Source of the DNA: Camelus dromedarius
Lineage: Eukaryota
Direction of reading: 5' to 3'
Length of the DNA stretch: 64,000 nt
Assembly: GCF_036321535.1 (NCBI RefSeq)
Contig: NC_087436.1
Location: 87,174,001-87,238,000 of the forward strand
Shown piece after piece: positions 26,421-39,330 of this stretch. Made by a program: the position numbers and the translations under genes. The notes below the pieces were generated by a model. The model was not told the origin of the DNA. It searched no databases and saw only the letters and a list, made by a program, of their open reading frames with translations. Within the stretch, counting starts at the first letter, position 1. Every line of letters begins with the position of its first letter.

Positions 26421-26802
26421 AAAAAAAGCCTTCTCTAAACTTCCCTTTGATGAGTAAAGCAGGTCTTCCTGAGAATTCAGCTGCCATAAACTCCTCTCTC
26501 AGGGAGCTTTCTATAGGGTGGAGCCTGACTTGGCAGCAGGACCTGCCAAGGAATTTTGTAAATACTTCCTATGAGAACCCTCCACACTTTACCACTGCAG
26601 CCTTAACACCCTCCCCCACCCCTCATTAAGCTGGCATATAGAGCCTTAGTCCTTATTTGTGTATAATAAATTTGTGTGTGTACCTTGCTCCTGCATTTGT
26701 GTATAATAATCTTTGTTCCTATTAATCTGTCTTATTTCACAGCACCCCCTCTTCCAACTACTTCAACCTAAGTTGGTAAAGAAAAAGTTTTCCTCCCAAT
26801 AA
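26421..26802 (+). mobile_element. 3' LTR of the MER34-type provirus
   Basis: Preceded by polypurine tract agagaagggg (26411-26420); AATAAA at 26665; ends in aacctaagttggtaaagaaaaagttttcctccc, similar to the MER34-family LTR terminus. Confidence 0.7.
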
Positions 26803-27696
26803 TACTTTCTAGGCTTTTCTTGATACACAAGAGAGTATGTTCAAATAACAAAAGGGCATTTCAAACCTTGATTTTGTTGCAAGGTGAAAGAATCCAGTGT
26901 GCATGTGCACAGGCCCTCTGGAAATCTTTTAAATTTGTCTCAAAGAGTACATTTTAGGTATTTAGCCTTGTCTAATAACTGATGGAAAACTTTCTCTTTA
27001 TTTCCCTTAGGGAGAAAGCTATAAACCATTTAATCTGCGATGACCCGCTGTATTCTCCTGATTTCCTGTGTGTATTTAATTTACAGTCTAAAGTGTTAGA
27101 AAGTGCCAGACATACAGAAAGACACTTCACAAATGTTTTTATTATTACTTTGAACTTTAAAAGAGCATTCTAGGCAGAGGGAACAGCTGGTACAACACTC
27201 AGGTAGTATATATGTATAGCTGAATCACTTTGCTGTACACCTGAAACACAACATTGTAAATCAACTATACTTCAATTTCAAAAAAGACTCAGGGCAGTTC
27301 AAGGATAGAGACTGGAGGGAGGTGAGTGATCACGTGGGGCCTTGTGAATTTGTCTGGGGATTTAAATTTAAGAGCCATGGAAAAGCAAGGGAGAGTGTTA
27401 AGTGTGAAAGTTGACTCGGTCATAAGAGCTTTAAGAAAGGATCACTCAGCTTGTCATGCAGAGGATGGATTTTTAGGAAGGCAAGGGTGGAGGCAGAGAG
27501 ACCAGTTCCAGGAGGGGCTATTTCAGAGGTCAAAGTAAGAGATTCTTTGGCCAGGATGGTAGAAGTGGAGGTGGGGAGAAGTGATGGATAAACTGTATGT
27601 CATACTTGCATTTTAAACTTCTATTTTGTCCTTGTGCTTTTGTTTTCCATTTTACAGCTATTTAAAATTATAATATATATTCAAATACCTTTTTCT

Positions 27697-27866
27697 TTAT
27701 ATATATATTTTATTGAAGTATAGTCAGTTTACGATGTGTAACTTCTGGTGTACAGCATAATGCTTCAGTCATACATGAATACATATATTTGTTTTCATAT
27801 TCTTTTTCACCATAAGTTACTACAAGATATTGAATATAGTTCCCTGTGCTGTAAGTATGAACTTGT
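27697..27866 (-). mobile_element. L1 3' end with target-site duplication
   Basis: L1 tail (tttattgaagtatagtcagtttacgatgtg...) flanked by the direct repeat ttcaaatacctttttct at ~27680 and ~27867. Confidence 0.8.
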
Positions 27867-29449
27867 TTCAAATACCTTTTTCTATTGAGGTCTTCAAAGC
27901 AGAGAGAAATTGATGTTTCCTCTGCGGATGTGTTTCAGAAATCATTCCCTAATGATATTCTTCATTAATTTAAGCTTTTATGTTTAAATTCTTGTCTATG
28001 AACTACTTAGTTTTCAAATTTCTATCTGGTTATCAAAATGTATTTATTAGTTTCCTTTATCCCTTTGATTTTGAAAACTCTTGCACGGCCGTATTTTCTG
28101 TTTCTTTTTTCCACTTAGGGTTGTGTCTGCTTCTGGATTTTTATTCACTGAAATAGAATTCTACTTTACCAGCACTATTCTGTAATTGCTGCATAATTTA
28201 CTGTAAAAGTTGATAATAACCCTTCTCTTTCAGATCTTCCTTTATATTTGAATCCATTATTTTTTCCATTAAAAAATATTTTTTCTTTATATTTAGAATT
28301 CTCTCTAGATTTAATTGAAATTGCATTAAAATCAAAATGTTATATTTTACACATTTATGTAATTATAAATTAAATAGGGAAAACAGACCCATAAAGATAT
28401 TTAGTCTCAAGTTTCAGAATTCATTTCTTATGCACTCAATGATTCAATATTTATTTTCTGTCCCCCTCTCTTTATGCCTGTAAATGCACTCTATTCAAGA
28501 ACATGTCATAGTTCTCCATCTTTCCAATTTCTTTTTCAAAAAACTCACAGTAATAAAATTAAAACCTAGCACAGAAATGGTACTTGCTATAGAGTTGGGA
28601 CTGTTTAAATAAGCACTTTACATTTTTAACTCATATAGTCTTTCCAGCTCTATGAGGTCGACACTATTATTATCTACATTTTACAGATGGATAAACTAAG
28701 ACACAGAGAGATTAGATAACTTCCCAATTTCCCATAGTTACTAAGGGTAAAAGCCAGGATTAGCACTAAGCAGCCTGCTCTACAAGCCGTTCTCTGAACA
28801 TTGCCTGGTATGGTTTATAACTAAACAAATATACACTATATCTTTTGTTTTAAGTATTATATATATTTGTGGCTGTTTTAAATTGGATCTCTTATTTTTC
28901 AGCTGGTCATGACTGGTTATACAAGGATCCTATTGACTTTTATCTTTTTCTTACCATTTAACCTTTTTTTATACCTCCAGGATTTTTTATTTTAAACCTG
29001 ATTCCTTTGGATTTTCTAGGATTAGCAATTGCATCACTGGCAAATAGTGATTTCTTTTTATGTATTATTACATTAGCATGGAATTTTCAAAAAATATTAA
29101 ATAATTGTATTACTGGGAGCTAATTTTTAGAGCTGAAATTAAAGAAAATGTGTCTACTTTTATTATTAGATTTAATTGTATAAAGGTTTATTTTTGTATT
29201 CTTGAATGTGTTCATTTTTGCTGATAGAAGCAAACACTTCTGTAATAATGGTAGGTAGATCTATGATTCCTCTCCACCCCCTTCCAAACTTAAATTATAT
29301 GTGTAAGTGTTCTGGCTGGAAGATCTCAAAAATATAAAGATAAATTTAATTCAGCTAAATTGAAATTGGAAGTATGGAAACTCTAAGTGTGATTTAGATA
29401 CTGTAAAGGGAAAATACTTTAGGTGAAATAGTGTTTATTAGTCAACTGT

Positions 29450-29635
29450 TTAGGTTCTCCAACTGGGCTGCACATTGGAATCAACTGGTAAGATTTATGA
29501 AGAATACTGATGCCTGTGTCTCACTCCCAGATAATCTGATATAATTGGTCTGGGGTGCAGCATGGGCATTGGGAGTTTTTGAAAACACCCCCAGGTGATT
29601 CTAGTTTATGGGCAAGTTTTATAATCACTAATTTA
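29450..29635. mobile_element. MER5A-like hAT DNA transposon fragment
   Basis: ggttctccaactgggctgcacattggaatca...ccccaggtgattcta. Confidence 0.7.
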
Positions 29636-29719
29636 AGAAAGACATACCTATTTCTCATCCAGCACAAATTCTGGTTAATAGGTTTGCATAGCCCACTAAT
29701 AAAATACACCATTGTCTAC

Positions 29720-30200
29720 ACCAATGTTCATAGCAGCATTGGTCACAATAGCCAAAAAATGGAAACAACCCAGTGCCCATTGATGGATATGAATGGATGA
29801 ACAAAACATGGTATATACAAACAATGGAATATACAGCCTTAAAAAGGAATGAAATTCTGATAGATGCTACAACATGCATGGACCCTGAAAACATCATGCT
29901 GCCTGAAGTAAGTCAGACACTGCATGATTTCACTTACATGATGTTCCTAGAATAATCATAAAGACATGAGTTCATAGAGACATAGAGTGGAGTAAAGGTT
30001 ACCAGGGGCTGAGAGAAGGGTGGGTGGAAGTTATTGTTTAACTGGTGCAGAATTTCAGTTTGGGGATGATGAATAATTTCTGGAAATGGATAGTGGTGGT
30101 GGTTGCACAACAGTATGAATTTCTCAATGCCACTGAATTGTCCACTTAAAAATGGTTAAAATGGTCAATTTTATGTTAATGTATATTTTAGAACTAGAGA
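29720..30200 (+). mobile_element. Old L1 (L1MB-like) 3' region
   Basis: ccaatgttcatagcagcattggtcacaatagcc...aatgccactgaattgtccacttaaaaatggttaaaatgg. Confidence 0.75.
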
Positions 30201-30249
30201 AAAATTTTGAACAAAGAAGTTGCCAGTGGTGAATTATGAGCCATCTTTT

Positions 30250-30400
30250 CCAACTGGTTTCTTTTTGTTGTTGGGCAGGGAAGTAATTAGGTTTGTTTGT
30301 TTATTTATTTATTTATTTAGATGGCAGTGCTGGGGATTGAACTCAAGATCTCATGCATGGTAAGCACTCACTCTATCACTGAGCTATTTCTCTCCCCCCA
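30250..30400 (-). mobile_element. tRNA-derived SINE (Vic-type)
   Basis: gtgctggggattgaactcaagatctcatgcatggtaagcactcactctatcactgagctat is the reverse complement of the SINE head; (ttta)n tail. Confidence 0.8.
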
Positions 30401-31189
30401 CGCGTGGGTTTAGAGTGTTGACGTTAAGGGATAGAACAGAGTGATTTAGTAATAGCCTTGATAGAGTTCGTTTGGTGGTGGTTTTTCTCTCCACACCATT
30501 TTCGAAGAAGGTAGCTCTTTCACTTTCCTAACAATTGTTAACTGTTATAAAACCTTCCCACGTGTGCAGACAGGTTGAGGCGGAAGACTGAAATCTGCGA
30601 GGCAATGCCGTGAAGGCTGCTGTGAGTGTGGCCTTTTGAAGCAAAGATCAGAGGTGAGTCTCTTTCGCCCTCACACCTTTGATGTGCTCCTGCCTGGACC
30701 GCACATGTACACAGCAAACAAAACTGAGACATTAGGTTATTGTTTTTATCAAGTGAGACATTTTACAAGAGAAGGATCATTCGTATCGGATTTGCTGACA
30801 TTTCCGGTGTTCCAAAGAGAAAGACGGATTGAAGTGAAGCAACTCTCTTCGGTGTCAATTTTCATGAGAAAAAACGATGCCATTTATAAAGTGGCTTGAC
30901 TATTTGAAAGAAATGGATCACAGTGTCAAAGAAAGGCCTTGATTTACTGTTGTCCTGATGATCTGCTTGCACGGAAGAAAGGTGAGCTTCCTTAGCCTGA
31001 TTTTCCTCTGCATAATAATTATATCATAAGTTCATATTGGATGCACGTGGCATATTATTAATATTTAGAGTTTCTAAATTCTGACAGATGTATTTTCCAG
31101 GAGACATGCTTCTTCACCAAGCAGAGGATTCTAGCACTGCACTGTCCAGAAATATGCTCTTGAAATGTGGCTAGTGCTACTGAGGATAC

Positions 31190-31700
31190 TAATTTCCTAT
31201 GGCCACTGTAACAAATTATTTGGCTTAAAACACACATTCATTGTCTTAAAGTTCTGGAGGTCAGAAGTTGAAGTCAGTTTCACTGGGCCAGCATCTATGT
31301 GTCTGTAGGGCCATGCTCCTTCTCAAGGCCCTGCGGAACAGCCTGTTTCTTTGCCTCTTCCAGGTTCTAGAGCTTCATTCTGTGCATTCATTGGCTTAAG
31401 GCCCTTTTCTCCATCTTCAAAGCCAAGTTTGCTTTGAAGCTTCTTGCCTCAGCTGTCACACTGTCTTCTTCTGTTCTGCAGTCAAATCTCTCTCTGTCTC
31501 CTTCTTAAAAGGACATCTGTAATTACATTTAGGGCCCACTCAAATAATCCAGGATAATTTTTCCATCTCAAGATCTTTAGTTTAATCACATCTGCAAGGT
31601 CCCTTTTGTCATATAAGGTACAGTTAATAGATTCTGGTACAATTAATAGGTTCTGGAAATTAGGATGTGGATCTGTTTGGAGGAGATTATTCAACCTACT
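31190..31700. mobile_element. MLT1-type LTR nested in a MER3/MER33-like DNA element (flanks ~31130-31190 and ~31705-31825)
   Basis: MLT1 motifs (aaggacatctgtaattacatttagggcccac); the flanks carry tagcactgcactgtcca...gtggctag and ggatagcactgct. Confidence 0.65.
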
Positions 31701-32459
31701 AAGAAACGGAATTTTTAATTGAATTGAATTGAAATTGAAATATCCAGGTGGATAGAGGCCATCACATTGAACAGCACAGTCATAGAACATTTCCATCTTC
31801 ACAGGAAGCTGGATAGCACTGCTGTAGAAGATATTTAGAGCCGATTCCAGAGGCCTCATGTCATAGTTACAGGCCATCTTTAAATTTATTGTTGGGCTGC
31901 TCTTCAAAACAAAACAAATGTAAATCTTTTCTTTAGAGATTCAGAACCCATCTACCCATAGATTGGCCAAGGAAAACACCTAGTGATCCTTCATCATTGA
32001 ACAAAGACATAATGAGTGTTTACGATGGGCCAGGTGCTGAACTCTAAAAGCTGTTTGTAATCTACAGTGTCATTAATAACATTGTGATGGCAGGAAGCAC
32101 TGGGAGCACAGGGTCGGAAACCAATCCTGGTGACGTCAGGGAAGGAATTCTGGAGAATGAAAAGCCTGAGTTTAGAGGTGACCAGGCCACGAAGCACGAG
32201 AAAGAATGCAGGCAGAGAGACCGGGATAAGAAAGATGTTACCAGCAGAGGAAGAAGCAAGCACAGGGGAAGGAGGTCAAGAGAGGGCTTCAGGAGTAAAG
32301 TAGTGTCGCCATGTGACTGAACATGTGGGGTCCCCAAGGTGAAGGCAGGAAAGAAGTCAGGGGCCCAATCTTCACGGGCCTAGTAGTTCATCATGAGGAG
32401 TTTGGGTGTTTTCCTTAGCGTCAGGATTGGTCTGAACACAAGTAACAGAGGCGCAGTTA

Positions 32460-33232
32460 CAGAGCCTAAGGTTCTGATCACCCGTTAAGATGTGTGAGGG
32501 TTTCCCATACACATTCAAGCAATTCTCAGACATCAGATGGCTGTCCCATAATTTAACTCTGTTCTGACCCTAGCTACCTGGAGATAGAATCAGAACCCGC
32601 AGGTTAAGGGCTCGGTCCCACAAGACTGTCCTCCACTTCTAATGCCAATCACAGGTCTAGGTTGTTACCTGTGCTTTTGACCAGCTGGCTTAGATCAGAT
32701 GTTCCCATGCCCCTAGCCTTGGGTTTGTTTAATTAGAGTGGCTCACAGACCTCAGAGAAACATTTCACTTACTAGATTACTGGTTTATTATAAAAGGATA
32801 TAACTGAGGAACAGCCAGGTAGAAGAGATGCAGAGGGCAATGTATTCAGAAGTGGGGCAGAGCTCTCATGCCCTCTTGGAGGTCACCATTCTCCCCGAAT
32901 CTCCATGCATTCACCAACCCAGAAGCTCTCTGAACCCTCTTTTGGGTTTTTAATGGAGACTTTATGACTCGGGCACAATTGATTAAATCAGAGGCCATTA
33001 GTGACTGAGTCAACCTCCAGACCCTCTCCTTCCTTGGGGTGTGGAGGGGACTAAAAGTTCCAACCCTCTAATCATATGTTTGGATCCTTAGGCAACCCCA
33101 TCCCTAGGTGTTTTCAAAAAAAACCACCTCATTAACATACCACTTTCACACTTAAGAAATTCCAAGGACTTTAGGAGCTCTGTGCCAGAGGGACAAAGAC
33201 CCAAAATGTATTTCTTATACACCACAGTATCA
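32460..33232. mobile_element. MER21-like LTR, nested within another MLT-type element
   Basis: caagcaattctcagacatcag...acctggagatagaatcagaacccgcaggttaagggctc...agaaattccaaggactttaggagctctgtgccag. Confidence 0.7.
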
Positions 33233-33344
33233 CAGTGCCTTAAACAAGGCAGGTGGTTATCAGGACCAAGGCAGATGTTGACATTGAGTTCCATACAGTT
33301 CTTGGGGCTCAGATTCCTTCCACCTCATTTCTCTGCCATCCTTA

Positions 33345-33815
33345 GTGTATCTGTTTCCCAGGGCTGCTGTAACACAGTACTGCAAACTGGAGGGCTTAAC
33401 TATCAGAGATGTATTGTTTCACAGTTCTGGGGCTAGAAGTCTGCTATGAAGGAGCTGACAGGGTTGGTTCTTTCTGGTGGCTGGAAGGATGCATCTATTC
33501 CAGGCTTTCTTCCCTAGTAGTTCTCTGGCCACCTTGGGCATTCATTGGCTTGTAGAAGCATCTCTTCCTTCATCTTCATGTTCATATAGGGTTATCACTC
33601 AGTGTGTGTCTGTGTCCAAATTTCCCCTTTTTATAAGGACACCAGTCATTTTGGATTAGGGGCTCCTTTTTCTTCCATATGACCTCTTCTTATCTAATTA
33701 CATCTGCAATGACCCTGTAATATCACATTTCTAATAAGGTCTTGTTCTAAGGTACTGGGGTGTTAGGACTTTGACATATGAATTTAGGGGAGACACAGTG
33801 CAACCCATAATACAT
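33345..33815. mobile_element. MLT1-type LTR
   Basis: agggctgctgtaacacagtactgcaaactgg...tttataaggacaccagtcattttggattaggg...caacccataa. Confidence 0.8.
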
Positions 33816-35494
33816 AGGGTATGATATTAATCCTTATGGTCCAAGATAGCAGCTAGAGATCCAGCCATCACATTCACAGGGTCTTCTTAAAGGGCCAAGT
33901 CTTTGCAAGTCTTCCACATTAACTTGGATGTTTGCTCTGGAGGGTGTCTCAAAGCAGCCCAGCACAGACAGATTCTGGTTCTGAGGTGGTCACTGGAGAG
34001 TTGTCCATTTAAAGAGGATACTGGCCACATGTTAACAATGGCACCTCTTCAGAAGTAGGGTCAGAGAAAAGCCTGGCTGAGGACTGAGGAGAGGGAGAAG
34101 GAAGATTGTTGCTTCTCCTCAGATCATTCATTCCAGAGGGACTTCATGGAGGAGAAAGCATTTCAGGAGACATTTACAAGACCAAGTTGCTATGGCCACC
34201 TGGCTCATTTCCCACATTGGCTTCAGCCATAACATCCTTCGGACTTGCCAGTAGGATTCAGTGCCAACCTTCATTTGTTTGTGCTTTCTTCCCTCTCCCT
34301 TTTGTAATGTTTGTTCTGCTGGATGTTGTGGTTATTGTGTGCTCATCTCCTCTACAAGACCATATGCTCCTCAAGAGGAAACAAAGCCCCTTTTAAGTCT
34401 GATAGTCTTGTGGAGGTGGTGGTGGTGGGATTCATACCTTCAATCTCAGCTCAGCACTTATTACTATAGGAACCTAACCACCCCCTACCCTAAACCTTAG
34501 TTTCATCATCTGAAAAGTGAGGTAACAGTACTTACCTTGCAGTGTTATGATCATTAAAGATAACAAATGCAAATGCTTGGAGAATAGTAGATGCTCAATG
34601 GTAACTATTAGTCACTATTTGTCAGAGTTGCTCTCCAGGGCCTAGCACAGGGCATCTCCCAGAGTAAGTGCTCAATAGATATTTATTGCGGCAATGGAAA
34701 TTTAGATCATGACTAAAACCCTGTGCTATATTCGAGTCTTGAAACTGATGATAAAATAACCATCACAGTGACTAGGAAACACAAGACACTGGAAAAGAAA
34801 CAATTATCAAATGCCAGTGTTGTGGGGAGAAATAAATACACCTGATTTAAAAAGGAACACATGAAGGACATAATACGTACGTATCATTTTACAAGTCAGA
34901 AGACTTCAGTGTCTTTTGACTTGGAAAATGTCAACAAGACAATATGGTTTGAGGAATCCCTTACACACAGTAGGCAGATCTGACCTCTGATTGCAGGTCG
35001 GAGGGCAAATTCTCCCAACACAACTAGTCATGGCCCAGGAGAGCCCTCTAAGAGAGAGTTGGTAAGTACCTCGGACAAGAGCTGATAATATTACAGCAGG
35101 TATTACAGCAGGAATCTTTCCCTGTGAGTTGGAGATACGTATTTCATTTCAGGAAATGTCTCCCAAAGTTTGAGGCTCTCCTACACCTGAAATAATGTTT
35201 TCATTGTTAAAAGTGCAAGGTCAAAAGAGCTGGATGTCTTACCTATTTTTAAGACGATGTCTTCTGAATTTCTTTAAAAAAGATTTCACAGATATTTTTG
35301 AAGAGCAGTCCAGCAGTAAGCTCAGGTGGCTTGTGATTATGAAATGAAGTATCTGGTATTGGCCTCCAGATGTCTTCCAGGGCAGTTCTATCAACAGAAC
35401 TTCCCATGAGGATGTTCTAATCTGCACTGTCCAATACAGTAGGCACTAGCCACGTGGCTATTTATATTTAAGATAAATTAAAAATTCAGTTCAC

Positions 35495-36990
35495 TGAGAC
35501 ACTATCAAGGGTAATTATAAAGCTATAGTAATGAAGACCATGTGGTATTGGTGCAAAGACAGACACAACTGACAGATAAAACCAACCTATCAAATAGAAT
35601 AGAGTGGGAAGTAGGTCAACACATGTACGGTCACCTGATATATGAAAACTTCAAGTAGGGGAAGTGGTCTTTTAAATAAACATGTTGGATTCACTGGATA
35701 TCCACATAGAAAAAAAAGGTATCTGGACCCACCTTTATATCCCATCATTCACAATAATCAATTCAAAATGGATTGCAGTTCTAAGTGAGTGAACTAGAAT
35801 AGTAAAGCATTTAGAGGAAAACAGAAAAGGAATCTTTATAACCTGAAGGGAGAGATTTCTTAAATAAAACCTATCATCATAAACATTTGATACATTGGAG
35901 TATGAAAATTAAGAACTTTTCCCCTCAAAGGACATCATTAAAAGAATGAAAAGGAACTCAGAATTGGAGGAGATATTTGCAACACATACACTTGACAAAG
36001 GATGCATGTTTTAAAAAGTCCTCTTATAATGGATAAACTGTGGTATATTTATCCAATGGAATACTACTCAGCAACGAAAAGAAATGAATTACTGACACAC
36101 GCAACAACAGGAATGAATCTGAAATACAGTATGCTGAGTGAAAAAAATCTTATGCAAAACAGCACATACTGTATGAATCCAGTTATATGAAATTCTGAAA
36201 CAGGTAAAGCTAATTTACAGTGGAGGGGAAAAAAATCAGAACAGTGGTTGCCCCCAGGAAAGTGGAAATGGAGACTGAATGAAAGGCAGCATTGAACTCA
36301 AAATTCCTTTGCTCAAAACTCAGCAAATGTACACTGAAGATTTGTACATTTCATTTCATGTAAGTGCTACATCAAAAGAAACCTTAAATATTGAATTCTA
36401 ATTAATTATATATATGCTGAAGTCTTTAGAGAACACGTATTGCTATCTCCAATTAACTTTGAAATGCAGCAACATTAAGATGGATAAAGTGAAGCATAGA
36501 AATGTAATAAAGCAGGTTTTATAAAATGTTAATGGTGGAATCTGTGTGGTAAGTTTACATGTGGTTACTGTAAAATTTGTTAAACTTTGCTAAATATTTG
36601 AATTTTTATAATCAAATGTTAGGAAAAATCAAATAAAAACGTTCAACTCAGAAAAATTGGCAAAAAATGTAACAGAAACTTCATAAAGTTATTTCTAAGT
36701 AACCAACAAAAATGAAAAGGTGCTTAACTTCACTAATCAGGGAAATGCAAATTAAAATTACAAGAGACACAATTATTACCCACCATAATGGCCAAAATGA
36801 AAAAAGATAGAAAATATCCATTGATGATGAGAATGTGGAACGACTGGAACGCTCATGGATTGCTGATCGGAGTGTAAATTTGTGTAAACACTTTGGAAAA
36901 CTGCTTTTAAAACTGCTTTAAAACATCTACTAAATTTGAACATGGCACAAATTATGATCCAACAATTCCATTTCTAGGTATGTACCCAGC
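35495..36990 (+). mobile_element. Cluster of old L1 (L1M/L1MC-like) fragments
   Basis: ORF2 and 3'UTR-like pieces (aagctatagtaatgaagaccatgtggtattgg; the ORF track gives MDKLWYIYPMEYYSATKRNEL). Confidence 0.7.
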
Positions 36991-37639
36991 ATGATTTGTG
37001 TGTTTACAGGTATATGTCAATAAGTAGCACTCTCTGCCAGAGTGGCAATAAGGAGCCACAGAAGGATTTGCCACTTCAGAGATTTGAGGATTTGAGACAT
37101 GATCAGATTTGTATTAGGAAGATTAATTCATGGCTTTGTAGAGAATGGCAAGGAGAGGAGCTAAGCGGCTGTTTGTAGAAGTAATCCAGCAGTTAAGAAG
37201 TCCCGAATTAAAGTAAGGAAGAAAGGGACAAAAAGACAGAATACATTTCAGGTCACTAAATTTCCCTGTTTCTGGTTTCTTCACTTAAAAAATATTTTTA
37301 ACATACCTACTTCATTGACGATTATTTAGATGATTTCATGAGTTACGGCGCAAGGGGGCTAGTGACTGTTTTAATGAAATAAAGCAATTCTCATTGCATA
37401 TTATGCAGAGCAAGACGTAGATGTTGAGATGAGAAAGCTCTTAGAGAAATATCTTTAACTTGTTAAGGTCCATGGTAGCCTGCTTTCTCTCAAGCACAGG
37501 TAAAAATCAGCTCCCTGTCTAGGACTGGGTCAGTTTGAGAACACAGGATAGAAGGCCGAGATTAGGAATGAGACAGAACATATTAGAATCTGAGCGTTAA
37601 ATGGTACTAAAATGCCACAGGAGAAGAGTTAGGATTCTA

Positions 37640-38270
37640 CTCCGGAAACCTCATCTCGGGCGCACGGAACTGAGAGTAGAATATGCCTTCCCTCGCCTAC
37701 TTCCCACCTTCTCAGCTGAGAGGAGCCCCCTAAGGGGGCGGGGATTCATGACGAAGGGGTGGAGCTGGGGCCAATGGGACGCGAGCTTTCCCGTGCTTAA
37801 CCAATTGGGTACGCCCAAGGCCGCCTCTATCCAGTGATTGGCAGACAGCGCCTCCGAGGGTTCTCGCGGCTTATAGGGCAGTCAGAACTCTCGCGAGGGT
37901 GTTTGTCTTCCTGAATTTTGGGCCCTTGGTCCGGCTGCCGGATGGTGTTTCCCCGCCTCCGGTGCTTTGCTCTCCTGGTGGCTTTCGCCTGCTCCCCACC
38001 TTGAGCTGAGGGGCGTCGAGAGGCGGTGGGCGAGGCCAGGAGTTTGACGAGCCGCAGGCAAGGAGCTTCCCGTCCCGAATCCCGGACCAGCCGTGCCCAA
38101 GACAGAGGTGAGGCGCGGCCCCGGCGCCGGGGTCTCCTAGCCACCCAGGTTCGGGCTTTTCCTCGCGTTCCCCTGCCTTTTCCGCAGGAGCGGAGTTTCG
38201 CCGTCAGAGCCGCTCTGCTGCTGTTTGGCAGAAGGAACCCTGGTAGTAAGGCGCGACGTGATTAGGCCCT
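37640..38270 (+). promoter_or_regulatory. CpG-island promoter with candidate first exon (donor at 38108)
   Basis: GC box (~37735), CCAAT at 37771 and 37801, ATTGG at 37837, TCTCGCGAG motif at 37889, donor cagagGTGAGG at 38108. Confidence 0.75.
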
Positions 38271-38669
38271 GCCAGGTGCTGACCCTTATGGGATTAACCG
38301 CCTTGCTTAAATGGCTGGTTCTTCTTCCAGCCTGTTTCTAGCTCGTGTTTATTCAGCTGATGTACAGATAGTTCAAGTGAGGGTAAGGTTACATCTACCT
38401 TTTGGAGTTCGTTTCTAATGCAGAAACTTAAAGCAGCCCTGTTCGCCTCCTTCTGAAGGTAATGCAGATTCCTCCTGTAAAGGAGCATGTTGAATTCTTA
38501 CACTTGGCAAACAACACAAAATTATCTTGAAGTACTTTATACTTAATACTATTAGGTCTTGAGCCTGAGTCTATGTTTTCACTGAAGCAAAAGCAGTGCC
38601 AAGGGGGTAAAAAGGCATCAGGGATTGGGAAGAAAATACTTAGCCCTGTAGATATTTGAATCTTCACGT

Positions 38670-39330
38670 ACCATTGTAAAGCTGATAGAGAATAACAAAT
38701 GTTGGTAAAGATGTGGAGAAATTGGAGCCCTTGTGCATGGCTGGTGGGAATGTAAAATGGTGTAGCTGCTGTGGAAAAGTTTGACGGCTCCTTTAAAAAT
38801 TGCATATAGTAACCATATGATCCAGCAATTCTGCTTCTTGATGTAAACCCAAAATAATTGAAAGCAGAGACTCAGAACAGTTGCTTGTACATTCATGTTC
38901 ATAGTAACATTATTTACAATAGCCAAAAGGTGAAAAAAACTCAAATGTCCGTCTGGAGATGAATGGATAAACAAAATGTGGTATTATTCAACTTTAAAAA
39001 GGAATAAATAATACCCGCTACAATGTGGGTTAACCTTGAAAACGTAAGTGAAATAAGCCAGATACAAGGGCAAAAACTGTATGATTCCACTTAGATGAGA
39101 TACTTGGTGTAGTTAAATTCAGAGACAGAAAGTAGAATATTACCACGGACTGGGGAGAGAACAGAATGGGGAGTTACTGTATAATAGGTACAAAATTTAC
39201 TTGGGATGATGGGGAAGTTCTGGAAATATGGTTGCACAACATTGTGAATGTAATTAATGCTACTGAACTGTACACTTAAAATATTTGAAAGGTTTACTTT
39301 TGTTATGCATATTTCACTACAATAAAAACA
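38670..39330 (+). mobile_element. Old L1 (L1MB-like) 3' region
   Basis: aataacaaatgttggtaaagatgtggagaaattggagccc...gctactgaactgtacacttaaa...cacta caataaaaa. Confidence 0.8.
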
